Below are positions 20,053 through 31,234 of a stretch of DNA of 64,000 nt, one piece after another. This DNA is from Nitrospira lenta (lineage in GTDB: Bacteria; Nitrospirota; Nitrospiria; Nitrospirales; Nitrospiraceae), in NCBI GenBank assembly GCA_945905765.1, contig CAMDPZ010000002.1:3123-67122 (forward strand), in the 5' to 3' direction. Positions within the stretch are counted from its first letter, which is position 1; each line of letters begins with the position of its first letter. The notes under the pieces were generated by a model, which was not told the origin of the DNA, made no database searches, and saw nothing but the letters and a program-made list of their open reading frames with translations. A program made the position numbers and the translations under genes.

Positions 20053-22170
20053 ATGGTACACACAGTTGAAATAGAGGTTGCCGGTCGCATCCTGCGGCTT
20101 GAGACCGGTCGTGTCGCGCGACAAGCAGACGGTTCGATTTGGGCGACGTATGGCGATACCGTTGTGTTGGCGACAGCCGTTGCCTCACAGGTCGCCAAGC
20201 CCGGCATCGATTTCCTGCCCCTCACCGTCGATTATCAGGAAAAATCCTTCGCAGCAGGAAAGATCCCCGGCGGATATTTCAAGCGGGAAGCGCGTCCGTC
20301 CGAAAAGGCCGTGCTGACCAGCCGGCAGATCGATCGGGGGCTCCGTCCGCTATTTCCCGAAGGTTATTACTTCGAGACCCAAGTTATCGCGTCAGTCCTT
20401 TCCGCAGATCAGACCGGCTCATCAGACATCCTCGCCATCATCGCATCTTCTGCAGCCCTGACCGTTTCGAACATCCCCTTCGACAATCCGATCGCCGGCG
20501 TGAGGATCGGTCGGCTGGACGGCAAGTTCGTGGTCAATCCCGATCTCGAAACGGTGGCGAAGAGCGAGCTGCACCTCGTCGTGGCGGGAACGGCCGATGC
20601 GGTCATGATGGTCGAAGCAGGGGCGAATGAATTGTCCGAAGCCATCATGCTGGAAGCGATCGAACTGGCCCATGCCGAGATTAAGAAGATTGTGGCCAAG
20701 ATTCGCGAGCTACAAACCCTCGCCGGCAAGCCCAAGCGGAAAGTGGTGAAGGAGCAGATTGACGAGGCTTTGGCCGCTCAGGTGAAGGCGTTGGTGGCGC
20801 AGGGGATCCGCGATGCCATCATGATTCCGAACAAAGCGGCCCGGCAGGAGAAGTTGGACGAGGTCAAGGGCAACGCCGTTCAAAAATTGAAGAATGCGGA
20901 AGATCCCAATCGGGAGCGGCACGTCAAGCTGGTGTTCCATGAATTGGAATATACGGAAGTCCGGAACATGATCCTGGAGAAGGGGTCGCGGGCGGATGGA
21001 CGGGGCCCGGCCGATATTCGTCAGATCACCTGCGAAGTCAGCGCGTTGCCACGGACCCATGGTTCTGCGATCTTCACCAGAGGCGAGACCCAGAGTTTAG
21101 CCGTGGTTACATTGGGAACCGCGGACGACGAACAGCGGATCGATGCGTTGGAAGGGGAGTACATGAGAACCTTCATGCTCCATTACAACTTTCCGCCGTT
21201 CAGCGTCGGCGAGGCGCGGCCGCTTCGCTCACCGGGACGCAGGGAAGTGGGCCATGGAGCCTTGGCGGAACGGGCATTGGCCCCGGTGATTCCGAGCAAG
21301 GACGCCTTCCCTTATACGCTTCGCATCGTGTCAGATATTCTCGAATCCAACGGGTCCTCGTCGATGGCGACCGTCTGCGGCGGCAGTCTCGCATTGATGG
21401 ATGCCGGCGTGCCGGTCAGCAAGGCCGTGGCCGGGATTGCGATGGGATTGATCAAGGAAGGCGACCGGGTCATGATCCTCTCCGATATTCTCGGACTGGA
21501 AGACCACCTGGGCGACATGGACTTCAAGGTTTGCGGCACCAGACAGGGCGTGACCGCCTTGCAGATGGATATTAAAATCGGCGGCATTACGTCGGCCCTG
21601 ATGCAGAAGGCATTGGAGCAGGCGAAGGCCGGTCGGTTGCACATTCTGGGTTGCATGGAGAAAGCGCTTCAAGCGCCGAGGACGACTCTGTCGGCCTATG
21701 CCCCCAGGATTTTCACGATGAAGGTGAAGCAGGACAAGATTCGCGAGATCATCGGGCCGGGCGGTAAAACGATCCGCGGGATCATTGCCGATTGCGGAGT
21801 CAAAATTAACGTCGATGACAGCGGCACCGTGACGATCGCGTCGGTCGACGGCGCTTCGGCCGAAAAGGCCAAGGGCATGATCAACCGGATTACCGAAGAA
21901 GTCGAGATCGGAAAGATCTACATGGGCACGGTCCGGAAGATCATGGACTTCGGCGCCTTTGTCGAGGTGCTTCCAGGAACCGACGGATTAGTGCATATCT
22001 CGCAACTGGCGCATCATCGGGTCCAAGCGGTATCCGACGAGGTGAAAGAAGGAGATCAAATCCTGGTGAAGGTCATGGAAGTGGACCGTCAAGGGAAGAT
22101 TCGCCTTAGCCGCAAGGAAGCCATGCCGGCTCCGGCCGAGGGCGAGACCTCCGGTCCGTCTGCCGGGTAA
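20053..22170 (+). CDS. pnp: polyribonucleotide nucleotidyltransferase (PNPase)
   Basis: Two RNase PH domains, then KH ([10 protein letters not shown]) and S1 ([28 protein letters not shown]). Confidence 0.97.
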   Translation: MVHTVEIEVAGRILRLETGRVARQADGSIWATYGDTVVLATAVASQVAKPGIDFLPLTVDYQEKSFAAGKIPGGYFKREARPSEKAVLTSRQIDRGLRPLFPEGYYFETQVIASVLSADQTGSSDILAIIASSAALTVSNIPFDNPIAGVRIGRLDGKFVVNPDLETVAKSELHLVVAGTADAVMMVEAGANELSEAIMLEAIELAHAEIKKIVAKIRELQTLAGKPKRKVVKEQIDEALAAQVKALVAQGIRDAIMIPNKAARQEKLDEVKGNAVQKLKNAEDPNRERHVKLVFHELEYTEVRNMILEKGSRADGRGPADIRQITCEVSALPRTHGSAIFTRGETQSLAVVTLGTADDEQRIDALEGEYMRTFMLHYNFPPFSVGEARPLRSPGRREVGHGALAERALAPVIPSKDAFPYTLRIVSDILESNGSSSMATVCGGSLALMDAGVPVSKAVAGIAMGLIKEGDRVMILSDILGLEDHLGDMDFKVCGTRQGVTALQMDIKIGGITSALMQKALEQAKAGRLHILGCMEKALQAPRTTLSAYAPRIFTMKVKQDKIREIIGPGGKTIRGIIADCGVKINVDDSGTVTIASVDGASAEKAKGMINRITEEVEIGKIYMGTVRKIMDFGAFVEVLPGTDGLVHISQLAHHRVQAVSDEVKEGDQILVKVMEVDRQGKIRLSRKEAMPAPAEGETSGPSAG

Positions 22171-22175
22171 CTGTC

Positions 22176-23429
22176 TTGTATCGCAAGCTCGTCCTGGACA
22201 ACGGGGTGCGGGTCGTCACTGAACGGATGCCGACGTTGAAGTCGGTCACTGTCGGTGTATGGGTCAACACCGGGTCGCGGGACGAGCAGCCTTCCCAAGC
22301 AGGCTATTCACACTTTATCGAGCATATGCTCTTTAAGGGAACGCGCAAACGTTCCTCCGCCGAGATCTCGCGTGAAATCGACGCGCTCGGCGGAGAGATG
22401 AATGCCTTCACGTCGCGGGAGACGACGACCTATTACGTGAAGGTGCTGGACCAGCAACTGCACCGTGCGCTCGAACTTCTCTCCGATCTGTTCCACCATT
22501 CTCGTTTCGCCCCCAAAGATATCGAAAAAGAAAAACAGGTCGTTCTGGAAGAGATCCGCATGGTCCAGGACGATCCCGAAGATCTCGTGCAAGAGCTTCA
22601 TATGGGCCAAGTGCTGGGGCGTCATCCGCTTGGCCGGTCGATTCTCGGTCGCGAGAAGACGATCCGTGGGCTGCGCCGCCAGGATCTGCTGGACTATAGA
22701 GAGACCTACTACGAGCCAGGCCAGACTGTGCTGTCGATTGCCGGAAACTTTAAGCAGACCGAGCTGGATGGCCTGGTCGCGAAGTATTTCGGCAAGGGCC
22801 GCGCCGCAAAGGCACCCCACGCCAATGGCCGTCGCCCGCCTGAGGTGCATGGCGGTGTCGTGCTGAAGAAGAAAAAGCTGGAGCAGGTCCATCTTTGTCT
22901 CGGGCTCAAGGGTGTGCCAGCCGGACATCGTGATAGGTACGCCCTGTACGCGCTCAACAGCGTGCTGGGCGGCAGTGTGAGTTCGCGACTATTCCAGGAA
23001 GTCCGGGAAAAGCGGGGACTCGTCTATTCGATCTACTCCTATCTGGCCGGCTATTCGGACGGCGGCATGATCACCGTCTATGCGGCGACCAGACCCAAGG
23101 AGGTGGACCGTGTTGTAGATCTCGTCTGCCGTGAAATTAGGCGGATCGGGAGCAAGGGCATCGGGGGAAAAGAACTTGAGCGGGCGAAGACCCAGATGAA
23201 GGGGAGCCTGATGTTGAGTCTGGAGAGTTCGCACAGCCGCATGAGCAAATTGGCGAAGGACGAGCTCATTTACGGAAAACATACGTCGCTGGACGACATG
23301 CTGGCTCATATTGATCGCGTGAGCGAGGAGCAGATGTTCAATGTCGGGCGTCAATTTTTCAAGCTGGACTCGCTTGCAATCACCGGATTGGGACCTCTCG
23401 CGCCCCGCACACTTCAGTCCTGCAGATGA
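22176..23429 (+). CDS. M16-family zinc peptidase (insulinase-like)
   Basis: Inverted zinc motif HFIEHMLFKGT, with downstream E in ...EISREIDALGGEMNAFTS. Conserved position after pnp. Confidence 0.9.
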   Translation: MYRKLVLDNGVRVVTERMPTLKSVTVGVWVNTGSRDEQPSQAGYSHFIEHMLFKGTRKRSSAEISREIDALGGEMNAFTSRETTTYYVKVLDQQLHRALELLSDLFHHSRFAPKDIEKEKQVVLEEIRMVQDDPEDLVQELHMGQVLGRHPLGRSILGREKTIRGLRRQDLLDYRETYYEPGQTVLSIAGNFKQTELDGLVAKYFGKGRAAKAPHANGRRPPEVHGGVVLKKKKLEQVHLCLGLKGVPAGHRDRYALYALNSVLGGSVSSRLFQEVREKRGLVYSIYSYLAGYSDGGMITVYAATRPKEVDRVVDLVCREIRRIGSKGIGGKELERAKTQMKGSLMLSLESSHSRMSKLAKDELIYGKHTSLDDMLAHIDRVSEEQMFNVGRQFFKLDSLAITGLGPLAPRTLQSCR

Positions 23430-23560
23430 GAATTTTCTAATAGACGACCGTGCGGCGCTAGAAATTACGGAAAAGTTAAAGCCGTATAATGATCGCAACT
23501 AATTGATATAGCTTTTAATTTAACGATAAATTTAAAGTTATCAACAGGGAAAACATTTCC

Positions 23561-23589
23561 TTGACAGGTTTTCGTGGTTTCAGTACCAT
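23561..23589 (+). promoter_or_regulatory. sigma-70-like promoter in an AT-rich intergenic region
   Basis: TTGACA (23561-23566), a 17-nt spacer, then TACCAT (23584-23589), about 170 nt upstream of the 23760 start. Confidence 0.35.
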
Positions 23590-23759
23590 GACCGAGCTTT
23601 TTGACAACGATTCTCAGCCGAGAGATTCAACGAGATAGCAGAGTCCATTGCTCGTGGTTGACTGAAGAATCTCTGAAATAGTTTTTACGGTGTCATTGGT
23701 TTTAACGAGTGTTCATCGGTTTTTGTGGTTGTTACTTTTTACGTAAGGAGGGACTAGGT

Positions 23760-24269
23760 ATGAAAAGGGTTGCAGTTTTAGCCTCCGTGGCAATGTTGTC
23801 CATGTTCGGTATGTTGACGGCGGAATTTGCCGTTGCGGCCGATGCGCCTAGCGTCGCTGGCCCAACCGACAATGTTGTCGGTGGCAAGCCGATGAAGGGT
23901 GAAGTCACCAAGACCCTCAAGGGTCGCGTCTGGTCGCAGTGGGCAGACAATCCAGATGGCGAGTTGCTGTTTGGCATTCAATATTGGAACACCGGTGAGC
24001 CAGCCTCAGGCACCCCGAACGGCCGTTCCTCTTCCGATCTCGATGTGAAGCCGCCGGATCCATTGTTCAGCTGCTGCGGCTGGGGCTTTGTGGGCGGGAC
24101 CGATAAGAACAGCCCCTATTCCGGTTGGTACCATGCTGCTACGACTGTCCGGTTGGCTGTGAAGGATAAGGCCCTTATGGACCAGATCATCAAGGCCTCC
24201 CAGGAACTCGTGGCCATGGAAGTGAGTTTGGATGGTCGGACGATCACCGGATTTAAGGTTATTAAGTAA
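23760..24269 (+). CDS. secreted hypothetical protein
   Basis: ATG at 23760 follows AAGGAGG. Signal peptide MKRVAVLASVAMLSMFGMLTAEFAVAADA. No recognisable motifs. Confidence 0.6.
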   Translation: MKRVAVLASVAMLSMFGMLTAEFAVAADAPSVAGPTDNVVGGKPMKGEVTKTLKGRVWSQWADNPDGELLFGIQYWNTGEPASGTPNGRSSSDLDVKPPDPLFSCCGWGFVGGTDKNSPYSGWYHAATTVRLAVKDKALMDQIIKASQELVAMEVSLDGRTITGFKVIK

Positions 24270-24320
24270 TCGACCTCGACAAGATTTAATTCTTTTATGT
24301 CCAGCAAGGAGGACGCGATT

Positions 24321-24980
24321 ATGAAGTTTCATGGGAAAGGTTGGGCCGTGGTGGCCGCTGTAGCGCTGGGGGTCTCCATTGCCTCCACCGCATTGGCCAT
24401 CGAGTCATTTCAGGAGCGTTTCGAGTGGGGAGATTTGAGCAAGCCCACGACCCTTCAGGGTCGCGTGATCGTGCTCGATCACTACGATGAAGCGGTCTGG
24501 ATCAACGTGGCCGTGTTCGGCGGGAACGCCGAAAGCGGTTTTTTCTGGCAGAAGATTCACCCGGGCAAGACCTTGAAGTTCTACGCGGACAGAGGCGCCT
24601 GGGATGATTTGAAAAAGATGGGCCGTCCCCATGCAGGACCGGCTGCCGCGAAGGAAGTGCCGCCCTCCAGCACGACCGATTTGATCGAGTTCACCGTGAC
24701 GGAGCCCGAGCAGAATCACCGGGTTATTTCCTCGGTCAAGAAGCTTCCGGAAGTGGCCGGTTCCATGGGGAAGCCGCTTAGCATCTCCGGTTTGCGCTTG
24801 AAGGACTGTGCGGGGAAGAGCGAAGTTGAGGCTGGTTGCGCCGCTGCGAAGCAGGCGCTCAACACCTCGCCGAAGGCGGTTCCTCCCATGCTGTACGATG
24901 TATTGATTCCTGGCGGTCAGCCGGTTGGAGGCCTGATCCCTTGGACCGCGGAGTACAACAAGGCTGGGGCTCATCACTGA
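24321..24980 (+). CDS. secreted hypothetical protein
   Basis: ATG at 24321 follows AAGGAGG. Signal peptide MKFHGKGWAVVAAVALGVSIASTALA. Confidence 0.6.
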   Translation: MKFHGKGWAVVAAVALGVSIASTALAIESFQERFEWGDLSKPTTLQGRVIVLDHYDEAVWINVAVFGGNAESGFFWQKIHPGKTLKFYADRGAWDDLKKMGRPHAGPAAAKEVPPSSTTDLIEFTVTEPEQNHRVISSVKKLPEVAGSMGKPLSISGLRLKDCAGKSEVEAGCAAAKQALNTSPKAVPPMLYDVLIPGGQPVGGLIPWTAEYNKAGAHH

Positions 24981-25004
24981 GTTGAGCTAGTTTGTGTTTA
25001 GAAG

Positions 25005-25037
25005 GGCGGCATCTCCGAAAGGGATGCCGCCTTTTTA
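25005..25037. terminator. bidirectional hairpin terminator
   Basis: ggcggcatc / gatgccgcc stem followed by TTTTT. It lies between convergent genes and touches the mutS stop codon. Confidence 0.7.
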
Positions 25038-27689
25038 TTTGTCTCGATCGTCTGGGCCGATTCGGCGCTGCAGATCGGCCAGGCGGTTGAGCGCATCGAG
25101 CGGGGTCATGGAAAAGAGGTCGATCTGTCTGACTTCATCGATGAGCGGATGGGGCTTGGGGAGCGACGTCTTGGGGGCCTCCCTCTCTAACGAGACGGGC
25201 GCGCCTTCGATAGTGTGATCCGGCTGTTCCAGTTGGGCCAAGACTTGTTTCGCCCGCTCTATGACGGCTGGGGGCAGCCCTGCCAATTTCGCCACATGGA
25301 TTCCGTAGCTGCGGTCCGCGCCGCCAGGAATGATCTTGCGTAAGAAGACCACGTCTCCATCCCGTTCCTGGACCGCCACGCAGTAGTTTTTGATCCCCTC
25401 CCGCAACCCTTCCAGCTGTGTCATCTCATGATAATGCGTGGCGAAGAGGGTTCTGGCCCCGACGTGCCGGCGGTCCTGAATATGTTCCGCAATGGCCCAG
25501 GCGATGCTCAATCCGTCGTAGGTGCTGGTGCCTCTGCCGATTTCATCTAGGAGAATCAGGCTGCGGGATGTCGCACTGTTCAAGATGTGAGCGGACTCGA
25601 TCATCTCCACCATGAAGGTACTTTGGCCCGCGGCCAGGTTGTCCGAGGCGCCGACGCGGGTGAAGATCCGATCGACCAGTCCGATGTGAGCTTCGGCCGC
25701 AGGCACGAAGCTCCCGATCTGCGCCAGCAGCACGATCAGCGCGACCTGGCGGAGATAGGTGCTCTTTCCCGCCATGTTGGGCCCTGTGAGGATCACCAGC
25801 CGCTGGCCCTCACAGTCGAGGGCTGTGTCGTTGGGCACGAAGGTGAGATCGCTGCTGAGCTGCTCGACCACTGGATGCCGGCCGTCTCGAATGAGGATCG
25901 TGCTGCTCTCGTCGACGAGGGGTTTGACATAGCGCTGCAATGCCGCGGTTTCCGCCAGACCGGCGAGGACGTCGAGTAACGCGACGGTCCTGGCCATGGT
26001 CTGAAGGCGCGGCACCTCGTTGGCTAAACGGCTGCGCAATTGATCGAACAGTTCCTGCTCTAAGGCCAGTAGCTTGGCTTCCGCTCCCGTGACCTTTTCT
26101 TCCAGTTCTTTTAGCTCTGCTGTCATGAAGCGTTCGGCATTGACCAAGGTCTGTTTGCGAATGTAATCGGGCGGGACGCGCGACAGATTGGTTTTGGTAA
26201 TTTCGATGTAGTAGCCGAAGATCTGGTTGTAGCGTACTTTGAGCGATTCGATTCCCGTTCGCTCCCGCTCCTTGGCTTCCAGTGAGGCGATCCAGCCCTT
26301 GCCCTCCGTGCTGGCCTTGCGCAGCTCGTCGACTCCCGCATGGTAGCCCTCCCGAATGACGCCTCCGTCGCGGAGGGCCATAGGCGCATCCTGCTTGATG
26401 GCCTGTTCGATCGCATCATGCACGTCGCGGCAGTCGTCCCACGAGTCGCGAAGATCGGCCAGCAACGAGGCGGTGAATGGCTGGAGATGGGACCGGAGCT
26501 CCGGCAGGGCGCTCACGGATTGTTTCAATGCGAGCAGTTCGCGCGGTCCTGCGACGCCGAGCGTCACGCGGCTGCTCAACCGGGCAATGTCTTGAATATC
26601 GCGGAGCGTGGCCCTGAGCGAGACCCGTTGTTGAATCAAATTCTTTAATTCGCCGACTGATTCGAGTCTGGCATGAATGGCGTCACAATTAAGCAGCGGC
26701 CTGACGAGCCAATCTCGCAGCAGACGGCTGCCCATGGCGGTTGCTGTCCGGTCCAGCACAGACAGGACCGTCGGCTGGTCCTGTCCCGATCGATCGCTTG
26801 CGCCAAACGGCCGCACGAGTTCGAGATTGCGAATCGTCGCGCTATCCAGATGCATGGAGTCTCCGCTCCAGCGTGTGTGCAGGCGGCGGAGGTGCGCGAG
26901 CGACGCGGTCGGTTGGGTTTCGCGGACATATCGCAGGACCGCTCCGGCTGCTCCGATTCCGGCGGTCAGGCCACGGCAGCCGAATCCATCGAGCGAATGT
27001 ACGGCAAATTGCGTCTGGAGCAGTTGCGCTGCATCTTTGGGATCGAAGGAGGCCGATGGTTGGGCGCAGAGGCGGGGCCCTCGCAGGTCCGCCAGACAGG
27101 ACAGGGCCTTCGCATTGGTATCCTGATGCAGGACTTCTCGAGGTTCCAACCTGGCCAATTCATCCATGAGCTGGGTGTCAGCCTGTGCCCCCTGGAATTC
27201 TGTAATCCAAAAGTCTCCGGTGGAGACATCCAGGCAGGCCAGTCCAATGATGGATTGGCCCTTGGCAGAGGAGGCTGTCGCGTCGGAGAAGGCCACGGCG
27301 ACTAGGAAATGCGATTCGCCCGGCGAGAGGAATTCTGTATCGACCAATGTGCCGGGTGTATAGAGGCGGACGACTTCCCTGCGCACCAGACCCTTCGCTA
27401 GTTTCGGGTCTTCGACCTGTTCGCAGAGGGCTACGGTCCGCCCTGCCTTGAGTAACTTGGCGATATAGCCCTGGGCCGCATGGTAAGGCACGCCACATAA
27501 GGGAATGGGGTTGGCGCTGGACTTGTCGCGAGAGGTCAGGGCGATGGAGAGCAGCTTGGCGGCGGTCTGCGCATCCTCGTAAAACATCTCATAGAAGTCG
27601 CCGACGCGGAACAGGAGGATCGCGTCGGGATAGCCGCGCTTGACCTCGCGGTATTGCCGCATGAGGGGTGAGGCGTCTGCGTCACTCAT
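25035..27689 (-). CDS. mutS: DNA mismatch repair protein MutS
   Basis: N-terminal MRQYREVK...FRVGDFYEMF; Walker A GPNMAGKSTYLRQ; DEIGRGTSTYDGLSIAWA. Confidence 0.97.
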   Translation of the reverse strand: MSDADASPLMRQYREVKRGYPDAILLFRVGDFYEMFYEDAQTAAKLLSIALTSRDKSSANPIPLCGVPYHAAQGYIAKLLKAGRTVALCEQVEDPKLAKGLVRREVVRLYTPGTLVDTEFLSPGESHFLVAVAFSDATASSAKGQSIIGLACLDVSTGDFWITEFQGAQADTQLMDELARLEPREVLHQDTNAKALSCLADLRGPRLCAQPSASFDPKDAAQLLQTQFAVHSLDGFGCRGLTAGIGAAGAVLRYVRETQPTASLAHLRRLHTRWSGDSMHLDSATIRNLELVRPFGASDRSGQDQPTVLSVLDRTATAMGSRLLRDWLVRPLLNCDAIHARLESVGELKNLIQQRVSLRATLRDIQDIARLSSRVTLGVAGPRELLALKQSVSALPELRSHLQPFTASLLADLRDSWDDCRDVHDAIEQAIKQDAPMALRDGGVIREGYHAGVDELRKASTEGKGWIASLEAKERERTGIESLKVRYNQIFGYYIEITKTNLSRVPPDYIRKQTLVNAERFMTAELKELEEKVTGAEAKLLALEQELFDQLRSRLANEVPRLQTMARTVALLDVLAGLAETAALQRYVKPLVDESSTILIRDGRHPVVEQLSSDLTFVPNDTALDCEGQRLVILTGPNMAGKSTYLRQVALIVLLAQIGSFVPAAEAHIGLVDRIFTRVGASDNLAAGQSTFMVEMIESAHILNSATSRSLILLDEIGRGTSTYDGLSIAWAIAEHIQDRRHVGARTLFATHYHEMTQLEGLREGIKNYCVAVQERDGDVVFLRKIIPGGADRSYGIHVAKLAGLPPAVIERAKQVLAQLEQPDHTIEGAPVSLEREAPKTSLPKPHPLIDEVRQIDLFSMTPLDALNRLADLQRRIGPDDRDK

Positions 27690-28026
27690 CGTGACGGTCC
27701 CGATGGGATTCGTCGGTGACGGTATGGGAAATCCGGCCTGTGACTTTTTCGAGCGAGTGGCGCAATCGCTCCAAGTCTACTTCGGCATCCTGCAGGGCTT
27801 TGGTCTTTCGGCGAAGTTCGATCCGGCCCCGCACCCAGGGGGGGAACAGCAGAATGCCCGAGACCAGCAGTCCCACGGCGAATCCTGCCAGGATGGGTTT
27901 ATAGATCGGCGTCGAGGATTCGAGCAGACCGAAGAAATAGCGAAGCGTGACTTCCTGTTCCTGGTTTTGAAGGAAGAATGCCAGAGAGAGGAGCAGCAGG
28001 ACTCCGACTAAAATCAATCGAATCAT
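27682..28026 (-). CDS. LapA-domain (DUF1049-like) small membrane protein
   Basis: ATG at 28026 gives MIRLILVGVLLLLSLAFFLQNQ..., with a second TM span PILAGFAVGLLVSGILLF and then a coiled C-terminus. It overlaps the mutS start by 8 nt. Confidence 0.6.
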   Translation of the reverse strand: MIRLILVGVLLLLSLAFFLQNQEQEVTLRYFFGLLESSTPIYKPILAGFAVGLLVSGILLFPPWVRGRIELRRKTKALQDAEVDLERLRHSLEKVTGRISHTVTDESHRDRHDE

Positions 28027-28625
28027 GACTTCGTGATCCTCTTCTTGTTCGAAGCTGTATTCGGCATTCTTCGATGGGCCTGGCGCGTGAGCGCGAGGAC
28101 TTTGCCGGACATCGGCCCTGTTGCGTTCAGCTGAATCGCCCGGCTCTGCTCGGCCCGATGGCTCAGGGTAATCTCGATCCGGTCCTGCGGCAGCAGGGCC
28201 AGGCCCTTGTCGGCCCATTCGATAGCCGTGATCGTCTGGCCAGAGAAATACTCGATTACGCCGGTCGATTCAAGCTCGCGGAGCGAGGTGATGCGATACC
28301 AATCCATGTGGGCCAGAGGCAGGCGGCCTTGGTATTCATGAATAACGACGAAGGTCGGACTGGTCACGGCTTCAGGCGCTGCGCCCAGGCCCTGTGCGAT
28401 GCCGCGCACGAGCGCGGTCTTGCCGGCGCCGAGCGGCCCGTAGAGCGCGATCGTTTCTCCTCCGCGCAGCGTCCGGCCGAGCGCTTGGCCTAAGAGGTCG
28501 GTCTGTTGGCTCGATGAAGACAGGAGTGTCCACGGCAGGACCGCTGCGGCGCTACGTTTGGCACCAGGCGGTTGTGTCTTGGCTGGCTTCGTGCCGTTAG
28601 GCTGTAGTGATTTGTTGGAGCGCAT
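28023..28625 (-). CDS. tsaE: tRNA t6A biosynthesis ATPase TsaE (YjeE)
   Basis: LYGPLGAGKTALVRGI, ...TSPTFVVIHEY..., ...HMDWYRI. The long N-terminal extension makes the start uncertain. Confidence 0.85.
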   Translation of the reverse strand: MRSNKSLQPNGTKPAKTQPPGAKRSAAAVLPWTLLSSSSQQTDLLGQALGRTLRGGETIALYGPLGAGKTALVRGIAQGLGAAPEAVTSPTFVVIHEYQGRLPLAHMDWYRITSLRELESTGVIEYFSGQTITAIEWADKGLALLPQDRIEITLSHRAEQSRAIQLNATGPMSGKVLALTRQAHRRMPNTASNKKRITKS

Positions 28626-30150
28626 AAGGGATTTGAGCGATCAGATCGCTGGCGATCATTCCTGCCTGTCCGAGTTGTTTGGCTGCCAAGTCGCCGGCTG
28701 ATCCGTGAAGATAGGTTGCGGCGCAAGCCGCTTCCCATGATGGGACCCCTTGCGCCAGAAGGCCGACGATCATACCGGTTAAGACATCGCCGGTTCCGGC
28801 CGTGGCCATGCCGGGATTCCCGGTGGGACAGATGGCGACCAGTCCATCGGGGCGGGCGATGACAGTTCGCGCGCCTTTTAACACAACAAACACGCCTCGT
28901 TCTCTGGCAAACCGTCTGGCCGTGCCGATGCGGTCTGCATTGATGCTCTGCGTTGTGGCATCGACTTCCAGCCTGGCCATTTCACCGGGATGCGGAGTTA
29001 GAACGGGCGGAATTTTGCATTCGGTCAGCAGTGAGGCTCGTCCTGCTAAAGCATTGAGGGCATCGGCATCGAGGACGGAGGGCCGATCCAGATGCTTCAT
29101 GAGCGACTGCACCAATTCGACGGTTTCGTGATGGGTCGAGAGGCCCGGGCCGATGGCAATGGCCGTGCGAGCCTGGATAAAGGCGAGGATGCGATCGAGT
29201 CCCGAGCGGGCCAAGGTCCGCGCCTTCGTTTCCGGCAGCGGCAGCGTCATCGCTTCCAGTAGTTTGGACTCCAGCACATCGTTGACGCTGCTGGGGGTAG
29301 CCACGGTGACGAGGCCTGCTCCGACGCGGAGCGCTGCCTGAGCCGCGAGAGCTGCTGCGCCGGTTTTCCCCACGGACCCGGCAATAATCCCCGCATGGCC
29401 GAACGTGCCTTTATGGGAGGAGGGCCGCCGTTCCGGCAGCATGGTGACGATGTCGTCGCTGGTCAGGAGCAAAGTTCTGCTTTCGAGCTTGTCCACATAG
29501 GCTGGGGGAATGCCGATATCGACGATGCGGATGATTCCCGCCCGATCAATTCCCGCCCCGACGTGGAGGCCGAGTTTCGGGAGGCCGAGGGTGACGGTGA
29601 GCGAGGCGCGGACCGCTTGCCCTAGAATGGCCCCTGTATCAGCGTGAATGCCGGATGGCAGATCGACTGAAATGACCGGATTTCCCGCATCGTTGATGAG
29701 GTCGATGGCCTCACGATAGGGTCCGGTGACTTCTGAGGATAAGCCTGTACCCAGGAGGGCATCGATGAGGATATCGCTGGAGGCGAGCAGGGGCCGAACC
29801 TGCTCGGCAGACCGGAATCGAAGGATCTTGGCATTCCCTGCTGCTTTTGCGAACCGGCGATACATGGCTGCGGCATCGCGGCTTAGGTCGGCAACCGGTG
29901 TCAGGAGCAGCACTCGGACCTTGGCTCGTTGGCGGTGCAGCAGGCGGGCCACCACCAATCCATCTCCTCCGTTGTTTCCTTTGCCGCAGAGGATGGTCAC
30001 GGTCTTGCCGCGCATTGGCCCGTACTGTGTTTCCAGCTGGCTGACGATTCCCTCGCCGGCCCGTTCCATCAAGGTGGCGCTAGGGATCTTCGCCTCAGTG
30101 ATCGTGCGGCGATCGAGCAGTTGCATCTCGGCTCCGGTCACGATGTTCAT
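28597..30150 (-). CDS. nnr: bifunctional NAD(P)H-hydrate repair enzyme Nnr (epimerase/dehydratase)
   Basis: N-terminal YjeF_N (CGKGNNGGDGLVVAR). C-terminal carbohydrate-kinase domain (GTGDVLTGMIVGLLAQG). Confidence 0.92.
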   Translation of the reverse strand: MNIVTGAEMQLLDRRTITEAKIPSATLMERAGEGIVSQLETQYGPMRGKTVTILCGKGNNGGDGLVVARLLHRQRAKVRVLLLTPVADLSRDAAAMYRRFAKAAGNAKILRFRSAEQVRPLLASSDILIDALLGTGLSSEVTGPYREAIDLINDAGNPVISVDLPSGIHADTGAILGQAVRASLTVTLGLPKLGLHVGAGIDRAGIIRIVDIGIPPAYVDKLESRTLLLTSDDIVTMLPERRPSSHKGTFGHAGIIAGSVGKTGAAALAAQAALRVGAGLVTVATPSSVNDVLESKLLEAMTLPLPETKARTLARSGLDRILAFIQARTAIAIGPGLSTHHETVELVQSLMKHLDRPSVLDADALNALAGRASLLTECKIPPVLTPHPGEMARLEVDATTQSINADRIGTARRFARERGVFVVLKGARTVIARPDGLVAICPTGNPGMATAGTGDVLTGMIVGLLAQGVPSWEAACAATYLHGSAGDLAAKQLGQAGMIASDLIAQIPYALQQITTA

Positions 30151-30239
30151 CGGTGGCCTTGTATGGGAAATCGAGAGGTCTGTGGCCTACGTCGCAATGT
30201 CATGGCAAGGGAGAGTCACGTTGTCCTTGGAGGAGACGG

Positions 30240-30953
30240 TTACCCCAGCAAGGTTTTCATTTCCCTGACAGCTTGGTCGAGGCCCACCAGGACTGCCCGG
30301 GCAATGATGCTGTGGCCGATGTTGTATTCGACGATTTCAGGAATATTTAGCAACCGTGCGATGTTGCGATAGTCCAATCCATGTCCGGCATTGACGCCCA
30401 TGCCCAGCTTGTAGGAGAGTTTGGCGGCCTGCGTAATGGCCTCCACTTCCGCATCGGCTTCTTTGGAGCGTTTGGCATTCGCATAGCGGCCCGTATGGAG
30501 TTCGACGAAATCGGCTGAAACTCTGTGCGCCGCTTTGACTTGGGCCAAATCCGGTTCAATAAAGAGACTGACGGGAATACCGCCATCGTGGAGCATGCCC
30601 ACGATTTGCTGAATACGGTCTCTGTGGCCTGCCACATCCAGGCCGCCTTCGGTCGTAAGTTCCTGTCGATGTTCCGGGACGAGCGTGACCATGTCCGGTT
30701 TGATGGTCAGGGCAATTTTGGCCATGGTCTCATCGGCGGCCATTTCCAGATCGAGCTTGGTGCGGATGAGTTCCCGCAAGAGACGAAGATCGCGGTCCTG
30801 AATATGCCGACGATCCTCTCTGAGGTGGACGACAATGCCGTCGGCGCCAGCCAGTTCCACCAGTACGGAGGCAGTCAGAGGGTCCGGGTCTGTTCCACCG
30901 CGGGCTTGCCGCAACGTGGCCACATGGTCGATATTCACCCCAAGTCGTGGCAC
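30240..30953 (-). CDS. pdxJ: pyridoxine 5'-phosphate synthase
   Basis: [16 protein letters not shown], ...[10 protein letters not shown]..., ...ELHTGRYA..., ...NAGHGL. GTG at 30953 follows GGAGG. The track ORF to 31118 adds a non-homologous-looking extension. Confidence 0.9.
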   Translation of the reverse strand: MPRLGVNIDHVATLRQARGGTDPDPLTASVLVELAGADGIVVHLREDRRHIQDRDLRLLRELIRTKLDLEMAADETMAKIALTIKPDMVTLVPEHRQELTTEGGLDVAGHRDRIQQIVGMLHDGGIPVSLFIEPDLAQVKAAHRVSADFVELHTGRYANAKRSKEADAEVEAITQAAKLSYKLGMGVNAGHGLDYRNIARLLNIPEIVEYNIGHSIIARAVLVGLDQAVREMKTLLG

Positions 30954-31234
30954 GGATCCTCCGTTCTGGCTATGTGAAGCAAGGAGAAGCTGGGTTGCGT
31001 GATGAGTCGAAAGACGTTTTAGTTGTAACAGAAATTGGCCGGGATGGGCAAGGACTGGGAGGGGGAGGCTCGGTCTGGCTGGCTCAGTCTCTTGGAAGGG
31101 CCGAATGTCGAACCCCACAGAATCACGGGATAATTTGACTCGACGAGTCCCCCGCCATTAGAATAGGCCCCCTGATAGGGAGGCGGGTGGTTTCTCTACG
31201 CCTCCTACGCAGGGGAATTGTCGACAGGGGATAC

